Below are positions 29,503-37,204 of a stretch of 64,000 bases of DNA, in pieces. Each line of letters opens with the position of its first letter. Within the stretch, counting starts at the first letter, position 1. Position numbers and translations under genes: made by a program. The stretch spans positions 1,792,001-1,856,000 of the forward strand of contig CAWELD010000003.1 of assembly GCA_963809895.1 (NCBI GenBank). The letters are read 5' to 3'. The notes below the pieces were generated by a model. It saw only the letters and a program-made list of their open reading frames with translations, did no database searches and was not told the origin of the DNA. The stretch is from an uncultured Gemmatimonadales bacterium. Its GTDB lineage: Bacteria; Gemmatimonadota; Gemmatimonadetes; Longimicrobiales; Gaopeijiaceae.

Positions 29503-30020
29503 GGCGAGATGTGCAAGCCCAACAACGCGTCGTTGCCGAGTATGGGTCGATCGATACGGATCAGCGTAGGATCGCTCAGTCCGGCGCCCACGCCGGCGAT
29601 CTCCACCACGTGCGCCCGATCATCCCGCTCGGCCTCGCGGTGGTGGCCGAAGACGAGGTGAAGGCTCACGCCCACCGCGTGGTGGAGCTCGTGCTCCCCG
29701 GGCACGTGCAGGCGTTTCACCTTCCAGTCCGGCGAGGCGTCGAGCATCCCGTCGTGGGCCACCAGTCGATTCTCGCCGTCGTAGACGTGTACGGCGGCGA
29801 TCCAGGCGTCACTGGCCCCGGTGCGGTAGCGGACCTGCACGTCCTCCAGCTTCACGGTCTGGCCCAGAATCTCCAGCGGCGTGCCCACGGCGTAGTGGAC
29901 CCACGCGGAACGTCCACTCCTGCCCGCGAATCGCGCGAAGAAACCGGCCCGCCAGGTGGCGCGAAGCGCGTCCTCGTTCTCGATGCGGGCGTCGTGCCCG
30001 TGGATCCAGTAGCAGCTCAT
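29499..30020 (-). CDS. DUF6623-like protein (paralog 2)
   Basis: WIHGH…WRAGF…WVHYAVGTP…VHVYDGE…AHD…VGVSL; ATGA-coupled to the hydrolase. Confidence 0.8.
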   Translation of the reverse strand: MSCYWIHGHDARIENEDALRATWRAGFFARFAGRSGRSAWVHYAVGTPLEILGQTVKLEDVQVRYRTGASDAWIAAVHVYDGENRLVAHDGMLDASPDWKVKRLHVPGEHELHHAVGVSLHLVFGHHREAERDDRAHVVEIAGVGAGLSDPTLIRIDRPILGNDALLGLHISP

Positions 30021-31810
30021 GGGCTGGTGGGGGTGTCGGTGACGAAATCGACGATCTGGGTGCCCAGAAAGCGCGGTCGCTCCACGTGAATCGAATGTCC
30101 AGTGTGCTCCAGGAACACCCCGCGGCCCGGAAGCGCGGAAAGATCTCGCGCCATGTCACGGCTGCGGTCGAAAATGTGGGCGAAATCGTAGCTGTCGTGC
30201 TTGCCGCTCAGGAGGAGCAGCGGGCGGTCCATCCTGGAATAGAGCGCACCGCTACCGCCGGGAACGGTGTCGCGGTGACTGAACAGCAGCTGCTCGAACG
30301 CCACCCGCCAGTGCCAGCGCCGGTACTGCTCGCAGTAGACCTCGGCGATGTCCCGCACGCCGCCCTGGATGGCCACGGCCTTGCATCCCCACTCGTCGCT
30401 GTACCAGGTCTCCGAAGGGGCGGGGAGGTTGAAGTCGCTGAAGGTCACCACCTCCATGACGTCGTTGAGGGCGCCTCCGGGCTTCGCGAAGAAGACCTCG
30501 TCGAAGAACTTGCGGCGATCCTCCGGCACCTCCGCCGCCCGCGAATTGTCCCGGGTCTGGCGGATGGACTCGTCCTTGAAGAAGTCGTTCCCAACCCCGA
30601 ACGATGCCCACACGCTGGCCGGTGACCACGCGACATGCCGCCGAATCCAGCGATTGAGGGGCCTGGTGGCTCCGGACAGGTTCCCACGAAGGACGGGGTT
30701 GTCCAGGCGCAGTGAGAGGTTCCCCCCGAGGCTTCCCCCCACGACGGTGACATCGTCCAGCGGGCGCCCGACCTGCCGCGACAGCTCTTCGAGGAAGGCC
30801 CCCAGAAATTCCTCGTAGAATTCGAGGATGGGATAGCGTAGCCCCGGAGGGCGATGGGGCACGCGGTGACCGAAGGTGCTCGGAAACGGGGCCACGGTTT
30901 CGTGGTCGAGCATGGAAGAGTAACCGCGGCAGGGCAGGTCCATGGACACCACCGCGATGCGCTCCCCTCTCTCCTCCGCCACACGGTGAATCCAGGGAAC
31001 GAGCTCCGCCGCCTCCTCGGCGCGGGAGCCGTGGCCGTGGATGAACAGCACCACCCGGTCCTCCTCCGGTAGCCACGGACCCGGATCTTCCGGCACGGAT
31101 CTCCGACCGCCGTCGGCCCAGCGAGAACCCTGCGGAGCCGACTCGCTGGCGGCGATGAAGTACCGGCACACGAGCGTCGTGCCGTTCACCGTCACCGTCA
31201 TGTCGTGTTGTGGCCAACGGGCGGAGGGCACGTTGACCGGCCGGTGCGGGGAGTCCGCTTCGCTGCAGGTGGCCACCCAGCCCAACTCGCCCCGGAGACT
31301 CCGGCGGTCCGCCGGGCCACCGCGAATCGCCCACGCGGTGCGGTAGGCGAGGTCCAGGACGTAGCGCACGCTCCGTTCCAGCTCCGGCCCGTCCACCTCC
31401 CCGTCCAACTCGTCCCGCAGGCGCTCACGCGTGCGTCCGATCAGGTCGTCGTCCTGGGGTTCGCGCACCGAGAATTCGGTGTAGGCGCGCCTTCCGGTCA
31501 CCGCCAGCTGCGCCATGGCGTCGGCCGACGTGGCGGTGACGTCGTCGTGCTCGTCTTCGGTGACCACCCTGTATCGCCGGGCCGCGGCGCGTTCGAGCAT
31601 CTCGCGCACGGGGAGCTCGGCCAGCTCGCGGAACTCGGGCAGCAGACGCCACCCGCTCGGAGGGTGATGGACCGTGGGCGTACCGACGCCGCCGCTCACA
31701 ACGTAGCGGTTCAGCGTCAGCTCGATGGGCGGCGTCCGGAAGTCGGGCGCGAGCTCGTCCTGCTCGCAGTCCTCGTCGAAGGGAGGCTGCAGCTCGTCGA
31801 AGATCAGCAT
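30017..31810 (-). CDS. Alpha/beta-fold hydrolase with a long N-terminal extension
   Basis: FIHGHGS (oxyanion), MDLPCRGYS, GGSLGG (nucleophile), HDSYD, TGHSIH; no signal peptide. Confidence 0.88.
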   Translation of the reverse strand: MLIFDELQPPFDEDCEQDELAPDFRTPPIELTLNRYVVSGGVGTPTVHHPPSGWRLLPEFRELAELPVREMLERAAARRYRVVTEDEHDDVTATSADAMAQLAVTGRRAYTEFSVREPQDDDLIGRTRERLRDELDGEVDGPELERSVRYVLDLAYRTAWAIRGGPADRRSLRGELGWVATCSEADSPHRPVNVPSARWPQHDMTVTVNGTTLVCRYFIAASESAPQGSRWADGGRRSVPEDPGPWLPEEDRVVLFIHGHGSRAEEAAELVPWIHRVAEERGERIAVVSMDLPCRGYSSMLDHETVAPFPSTFGHRVPHRPPGLRYPILEFYEEFLGAFLEELSRQVGRPLDDVTVVGGSLGGNLSLRLDNPVLRGNLSGATRPLNRWIRRHVAWSPASVWASFGVGNDFFKDESIRQTRDNSRAAEVPEDRRKFFDEVFFAKPGGALNDVMEVVTFSDFNLPAPSETWYSDEWGCKAVAIQGGVRDIAEVYCEQYRRWHWRVAFEQLLFSHRDTVPGGSGALYSRMDRPLLLLSGKHDSYDFAHIFDRSRDMARDLSALPGRGVFLEHTGHSIHVERPRFLGTQIVDFVTDTPTSP

Positions 31811-31820
31811 GGCCGGCCTC

Positions 31821-32267
31821 TCAGCGCGTGAAGATGCAGCGCACGGCCGAAATCTGCGTGCGGAATCGTCCCTCGTGCCCGGGCTCGGCATGCCCCCACT
31901 GCAGGTTCAGCGATACGCCGACGCCATGCTGTACGGGATGCTCACCCGACACGTCGAAGCGTACGTCGGTCCAATCCCCCGGCCTGTGATGCACCCGGTC
32001 GTGGGCGTCGATCTTGTGCTCGCCGTCGTAGATGTGGGCAGCGGCCAGAGTGGCGTCACGCTCCGGCATGCGACAGCGCACGACGATGGCCTGCGGGCGA
32101 TAGAGGTCGCCGCTGGAGGGCTGAGGCGTGGGAATCGCGTAGTGGACCCACGTCTGTTGGCCGCCGCGGCCGCGGATCTCCAGATAGAAGCCCGCCCGCC
32201 AGGTGCCTTCGATGCGATCCGGGTGCTCGATACGGCCGGAGTGGCCGTGGGTGGCGTAGGTGATCAC
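31821..32267 (-). CDS. DUF6623-like protein (paralog 1)
   Basis: ATHGH…WRAGFY…WVHYAIPTP…AHIYDGE…AHD…GVGVSL; aligns end to end with 29499-30020. Confidence 0.8.
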   Translation of the reverse strand: MITYATHGHSGRIEHPDRIEGTWRAGFYLEIRGRGGQQTWVHYAIPTPQPSSGDLYRPQAIVVRCRMPERDATLAAAHIYDGEHKIDAHDRVHHRPGDWTDVRFDVSGEHPVQHGVGVSLNLQWGHAEPGHEGRFRTQISAVRCIFTR

Positions 32268-32404
32268 GGGATACCGTGGTGGAGGGATGTGAGAGACACT
32301 TGGCGACCGGCTCCCGGGGACCCGACGGGCCGGCCCTGTCTCGGGGAAGGATCATGGGCCCCTCTCAACGGTGAGAACGACAGCGCCCGAAAGGCAAGGA
32401 AGTC

Positions 32405-33598
32405 TCAGCGCCGGCCCTCGGGCGTCAGGGCGAGCTCCACGATCCAGGGCACGCCGGCGTCGTCCAGCACACGGCCCCACACCGTGCCGTGCCCGGCGCC
32501 GAGGAAGAGGAAGCCCTCCGGCATCATGGCGCTGCCCAGGTAGGCGCCGTGGATGCTCACGAGCCGCCACACGACCCGGCCGTCGGGCAGTGCGGGGTCC
32601 TCCGCCGCCCGCCAGCGCGCGCTCTGGTACATGGCGACCACCGTGTCCCCGGCCGGATACAGCTCGTTGGTGATGGCCATGGGTCCCGGCCGCTGGCCCG
32701 CAGCCAGCGCGCCCATGTCGGCCACCTCGCGGCGAATGTCCTCCTCCGTGTGCTGGCGTTCGCTCAACGGGAGTCGAACCTCACGCCGCAGCGCTCCGTC
32801 CAGCGTGTAGACGCGGATCACGGGCAGGTCGGAGCGCATGGTCACCAGATGTTCGCCGGTCAGGGTCCAGAGAGGCCGGCCGTTCTCGATGGTGCCGGGC
32901 CGGGCGTCGTCAGGCCAGTCGGGCAGCGTCGCCAGCGTGCGCAGCGCACCGGAGACGCCGTCCACCCGCACGAGGTCGTGGGTTCCGCGGGGTCCCCGCT
33001 CCGGGGCGAGAATCTCCGCCACGAAGGCGTCCGCATCCAGGATCGGGATGGTCTTGAGCAGCAAGGCCGGCGCATCCAACGGCGCACTTCCCAGCCGGGT
33101 CCCCTCGAGGCCGAAGGCGTGCAGCTGACGATTCGCGGGATCGAGGACGCGAAGTCCCGTCGGCGAGGCCGCCACCGCGACGTAGTCCGAGAGCTCCCCG
33201 GGCCCCTGACCCCCTCGGCCGAAGCGCGCGACGACGGAGTCCGCGCTCAGGTCCATGACAACCAGGGGTCGGTCGGCGTGCGGATCCCACACCAGGAGAC
33301 GGTCCCCGGCCAGAGGCACCGCAGCGGCCGGGTCGAAGATCCGTGGCTCACCGCCGGCGTCGACCGTGCGGACGCGACGGACCGTCCGGACCCGCCAGCG
33401 AAAGGACTCGTCCAGGAGCGAGGGGAGGGATTCGAGGCTGGCGAGCTCGATGCCGTCCCGCTGGACGACCGTCGGCGGCACTGGACCCGTGCTCATGGCG
33501 GCAGCGGGGCCGCGGTCACCTCCGTCCTCGCAAGCCGACAGGAGTACCAGGGTCCCCACGAGCCCCACTCCCAGGATGCGACCGTGGACCTCGGACAT
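32405..33598 (-). CDS. Lipoprotein, 6-bladed beta-propeller-like
   Basis: Lipobox LSAC; FGRGGQGPGEL motif; C-terminal VLDDAGVPWIV; GAGGAG SD. Confidence 0.85.
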   Translation of the reverse strand: MSEVHGRILGVGLVGTLVLLSACEDGGDRGPAAAMSTGPVPPTVVQRDGIELASLESLPSLLDESFRWRVRTVRRVRTVDAGGEPRIFDPAAAVPLAGDRLLVWDPHADRPLVVMDLSADSVVARFGRGGQGPGELSDYVAVAASPTGLRVLDPANRQLHAFGLEGTRLGSAPLDAPALLLKTIPILDADAFVAEILAPERGPRGTHDLVRVDGVSGALRTLATLPDWPDDARPGTIENGRPLWTLTGEHLVTMRSDLPVIRVYTLDGALRREVRLPLSERQHTEEDIRREVADMGALAAGQRPGPMAITNELYPAGDTVVAMYQSARWRAAEDPALPDGRVVWRLVSIHGAYLGSAMMPEGFLFLGAGHGTVWGRVLDDAGVPWIVELALTPEGRR

Positions 33599-33802
33599 GG
33601 TGGCTCCTCAGCGGGAATCCCTGACGAATCTCCGAACGTTCCTACGCTCGGAACGGGAGGCGGTTGCGAGGCGAATCATCCGCGAGCGCCATCGTGATGG
33701 GGATGTCCGCTCGGCCGAGCCCGCGCTCGCCGGCCCTCTTCCTGCTGGCTCGAGCCGCTTAGATTCCGCCTCCATCCTTGCCGCACCCACAGGAGGTGCA
33801 GA

Positions 33803-34963
33803 ATCACGGACGATCCCGAGACTCCGCCCGGCCACGAAGACGAGGCCGAGTCGGGAGATGCCCCGGTCGCCGAGCCGACGCCGGCCCGGCACGAGCCGGG
33901 ACCCACACCGGCCGAGCCCGCCGCGCGTCCCTCGCTCCGGGCGCGCACCCGCGTGTTCTGGCACCGTCATCGCGCGCTCTTCTGGACGCTTCATTCCATC
34001 TGGGCGTTGGGCACCGGCACGGTGGTGATCTACCTGGCGCGCGAACGCTACGGCTTCGTGCGGTGGGTGGCGGTGTTTCTCGGGCTCACCTGGGCCTCCA
34101 CCATGTTCTTCGGCCGTCAGCGGTCCGTGGGAAAGCCCGAGGACGAAAAGGGCAGGCCCCATCCGCCGGGCCTGGTGCACGAAGTGACCTCGTACGTCAC
34201 GCGCATCATGTACCAGGAAACCCTCTTCTTCTTGTTGCCCTTCTACGCCTACTCCACCGTCGTAGGCTCGCCCAACGTTCTCTTCGTGGGACTCCTGGGC
34301 GCCCTGGCCGTGCTGTCGTGTCTGGACCTCCTCTTCGACCGCTGGCTCCGGACCAAGCCGGTGTTCGGACTGGTCTTCTTCTCCATCGTGGCCTTCGCGG
34401 CCATCAACCTCCTCTTGCCCCTCTTCTTCAGGCTGCCGCCCCGCTTCGGCACACCGCTGGCCGGACTGATGGCGGTGGGCGGCGGCGTGCCGTTGGCGCT
34501 GCGCTCATCGGCCGGCGGGCGGGGTAGCCGCATCCGGCTGGGGGTCACGGCGGTCGGCCTCCTGGCCATCGCCGTCGGACTGCCCAGCGTCGTGCCACCG
34601 GTGCCGCTCCGTCTCGAGCGCGCCACCTTCGCCGGGGCCATCGACCGCGAGACCCTGACGCTCCACGACACGCTCACCTCGCCGGTCCCGGCTCACGCGG
34701 TCGAGGGGCCCATCATCGTGCTCGCCCAGGTCTTCGCCCCCACGTCGGTGCCCACCCGGGTCATCATGGACTGGGAGCGTGACGGCGTGCCGCTGCGCCA
34801 GAGCCGCAACATCGAGCTGGTGGCGCATGCCTGGGGATTCCGGGTGTGGGACAGTTGGCGCCCGCCGTCGGGCACCGTGCCACCGGGCACCTACCGGGTC
34901 ACGCTCCGCACCGCGGGCCATCGGGTGTTCGCGGTGGCGCGACTGGTGGTGGCGGAACCGTGA
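33803..34963 (+). CDS. DUF5924/DUF2914-type membrane protein (probable ATC start at 33803; first canonical start GTG 33953)
   Basis: YQETLFFLLPFY; TM helices; C-terminal Ig-like VFAP…GFRVW…GTYRV domain. Confidence 0.8.
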   Translation: MTDDPETPPGHEDEAESGDAPVAEPTPARHEPGPTPAEPAARPSLRARTRVFWHRHRALFWTLHSIWALGTGTVVIYLARERYGFVRWVAVFLGLTWASTMFFGRQRSVGKPEDEKGRPHPPGLVHEVTSYVTRIMYQETLFFLLPFYAYSTVVGSPNVLFVGLLGALAVLSCLDLLFDRWLRTKPVFGLVFFSIVAFAAINLLLPLFFRLPPRFGTPLAGLMAVGGGVPLALRSSAGGRGSRIRLGVTAVGLLAIAVGLPSVVPPVPLRLERATFAGAIDRETLTLHDTLTSPVPAHAVEGPIIVLAQVFAPTSVPTRVIMDWERDGVPLRQSRNIELVAHAWGFRVWDSWRPPSGTVPPGTYRVTLRTAGHRVFAVARLVVAEP

Positions 34964-35064
34964 GCGGGCGGCCGGGGGCCGCCTCGGGCGACGGGGCGCC
35001 TGGAACCCGCGGAGGAGTCCGAGGGTCTCTCACCTCGACCTCCCTTCAACCCGTGAGCCACGCC

Positions 35065-35553
35065 ATGATACGTTCCCGTTCCCTGGCCGTCGCCGGTACG
35101 CTGGCCCTGTTCCTCGCCGCCGCGTGCGGAGGCAATGCCGACAACGAGGCATCGGAGGGCATGGCCGAACAGGCCGAAGCCCCCGCCGCTGGAGCCATGG
35201 AGGCCGCCGAGGGTCCCAGCGTGACCATCCTCGAGCCCACAGAGGGCGCCGAGATCGACGGCGATTCCGTGCTGGTGCGCCTGGCGGCGAGTGGGGTGCA
35301 GATCGTGCCGGCGGGTGACACCACACCCGGCACCGGGCACCACCATCTCTACCTGGACGCCGACCTGGGCGAGCCCGGCGTCGCCGTGCCGTCGGAGCCG
35401 GGACACATCGTCCACCTGGGGACCGGCGTCAGCGAATACGTGTTCACGGACGTGGCTCCGGGCCAGCACCGACTCATCGCCGTCATCGCCGACGGGCTGC
35501 ACGTGCCGCTGCAGCCGTGGGTGACGGACACGGTGAACTTCGTGGTGCGGTAG
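35065..35553 (+). CDS. DUF4399 domain lipoprotein
   Basis: Lipobox AAAC; PAGD…GTGHHHL…IVHLGTG…PGQHRL…ADGLH. Confidence 0.88.
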   Translation: MIRSRSLAVAGTLALFLAAACGGNADNEASEGMAEQAEAPAAGAMEAAEGPSVTILEPTEGAEIDGDSVLVRLAASGVQIVPAGDTTPGTGHHHLYLDADLGEPGVAVPSEPGHIVHLGTGVSEYVFTDVAPGQHRLIAVIADGLHVPLQPWVTDTVNFVVR

Positions 35554-35559
35554 AGAAGC

Positions 35560-35726
35560 TCAGCCCCCGGAGGGGGCGACCAGCGAGGGCACGAAGATGG
35601 CGATGGCCCGCGTGCGGCGATCCGCCGACGTGCCGAGGAACGCCTGGGCCACCTTGGCGCCGGTGCCCGGCTCTTCGATGTCACCCAGGATGATGGCATT
35701 GGCGCCCAGCTTGCCCGCCTCGTCCG
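35560..35726 (-). pseudogene. 3' remnant of a small hypothetical gene (EAGKLGANAII motif)
   Basis: My translation: ADEAGKLGANAIILGDIEEPGTGAKVAQAFLGTSADRRTRAIAIFVPSLVAPSGG*. No start codon in frame; it begins at the hydrolase stop. Confidence 0.65.
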
Positions 35727-36710
35727 CTAGCCGCCCCCCACAACGCCCGCCAGGAATCCCCGCACCGCCTGGAAGAAGGCGTCGCGCTGCTCCACGAACG
35801 AGAAGTGGCCCGCATCGGGGATCGTCACCAGGCGCGCCTGCGGGAGCCCCTCGGCCAGCACCTTCCCGCCGATGCGCGCCCCGGGCTCGTCCGCGCCGAA
35901 CAGGAGCAGCACGGGGACCCGCACCCGCTCCAGGTCACCGGTGACGTCGTAATCGAGAAGGTCCGGCAGCATGTAGCCGAACTGGCGGCTCCGCTCCGCG
36001 TAGTCGGGCTCGATGTGGAAGCGCAGGGCGTCCACCTGCGACGGATCGTGGAACTGGCTCCGGAACGAGAGCTTCAGCGCGGCCTCCACCGCCGCCGGCT
36101 CCTGGGCCTGGTAGGCCGGGTCCCGCTGGAGCGCACCCAGGCCCGCCGTGTCGGCGGGCTCCAGCGACGCCGCCAGCGCTTGCTGTTCCTGCTGCCACAA
36201 CGCGGTGGTGGGTGGCATGGGGCTGACGAGGATCAGGCTGCGCACACGGTCCGGATACCTCTCGGCGTACTCGAGCGCCAGCAGCCCTCCCCAGGAGTGG
36301 GCGATGACGTGCACACGCTCCAGCCCCAGGGCCTGACGCAGGGCCTCGATGTCGGCCACCAGCGTATCCAGGCGGACCGAGGCGCTGTCCACCACGCCGT
36401 CGGAGCGGCCACTGAGCCGCTGATCGAAGTAGACGAGCTCCAGGCTGGAGTCCAACGGCGTCAGGTGATCGCGCAGATAGGTCTGGTCCAGCACCGGACC
36501 CCCGTGGACCACCAGGGCGGGCTCGCCCCTGCCCTCCCGATGCACCCACAGGTGCGTGCCGTTCACGGGCAGGAGGGTGTCGGCGGCCACGAAGACGGAG
36601 TCGGTCCGCTCGCTGCTGCAGCCGGCGAGCGAAGTCAGCAACAGCGTCGCCAGTAACAGGACGTGCCGGCGCGGACGGGCCGGCGGGCCGGCGAGTGCGA
36701 AAGGGCTCAT
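35727..36710 (-). CDS. Alpha/beta hydrolase, proline iminopeptidase-like lipoprotein
   Basis: Lipobox LAGC; VHGGP, DQRLSGRS, AHSWGG, AGHFSF. Confidence 0.9.
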   Translation of the reverse strand: MSPFALAGPPARPRRHVLLLATLLLTSLAGCSSERTDSVFVAADTLLPVNGTHLWVHREGRGEPALVVHGGPVLDQTYLRDHLTPLDSSLELVYFDQRLSGRSDGVVDSASVRLDTLVADIEALRQALGLERVHVIAHSWGGLLALEYAERYPDRVRSLILVSPMPPTTALWQQEQQALAASLEPADTAGLGALQRDPAYQAQEPAAVEAALKLSFRSQFHDPSQVDALRFHIEPDYAERSRQFGYMLPDLLDYDVTGDLERVRVPVLLLFGADEPGARIGGKVLAEGLPQARLVTIPDAGHFSFVEQRDAFFQAVRGFLAGVVGGG

Positions 36711-36771
36711 GGTCCAGGAACCTTCCACGCTCGCCGCCAGCGGGCAACCAGCGCGCAACCCAATCCCCCCT

Positions 36772-36826
36772 TCCCCTTGTCTGCTAGGGGAGAGGTCGCT
36801 ATATGTTCCCCTAGCGTGCTTGGTAT
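36772..36826 (+). promoter_or_regulatory. Sigma70-like promoter overlapped by two putative PadR boxes
   Basis: TCCCCTTG-TCTG-CTAGGGGA and TCCCCTAG-CGTG-CTTGG; TTGTCT-N17-TATATG. Confidence 0.6.
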
Positions 36827-36846
36827 CCCCCGCAACCGGACGATCC

Positions 36847-37191
36847 ATGGGCACGAACGACGTCGCGCTGTCGGCGAGCACCCTGAACTTCCTGGTCCTG
36901 AAGGCGCTGCACGGCGGCGCCGAGCATGGATACGGCGTGGCCCGCTGGATCGAGCGCGTCACGGACGACGCGCTGAGCGTGGAAGAGGGCTCGCTCTATC
37001 CGGCGCTGCACCGGATGGAGAAGCAGGGGCTCCTGGAAAGCCGCTGGGGAACGTCGGACAACAATCGACGGGCCAAGTTCTACCGACTCACGGAACGAGG
37101 CCGGACGCGACTGGCGACCGAGCAGGCGAGCTGGGTGGAGTTCGCCGCGGCCATGGCCAAGGTGGCGGCCGCGGGATCGAGCGCGGGGTGA
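36847..37191 (+). CDS. PadR family regulator (ADOP-associated)
   Basis: HGYGVARWI…VEEGSLYPALHR…SDNNRRAKFYRLT. Confidence 0.93.
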   Translation: MGTNDVALSASTLNFLVLKALHGGAEHGYGVARWIERVTDDALSVEEGSLYPALHRMEKQGLLESRWGTSDNNRRAKFYRLTERGRTRLATEQASWVEFAAAMAKVAAAGSSAG

Positions 37192-37204
37192 ACGGGAGAC
37201 GACG

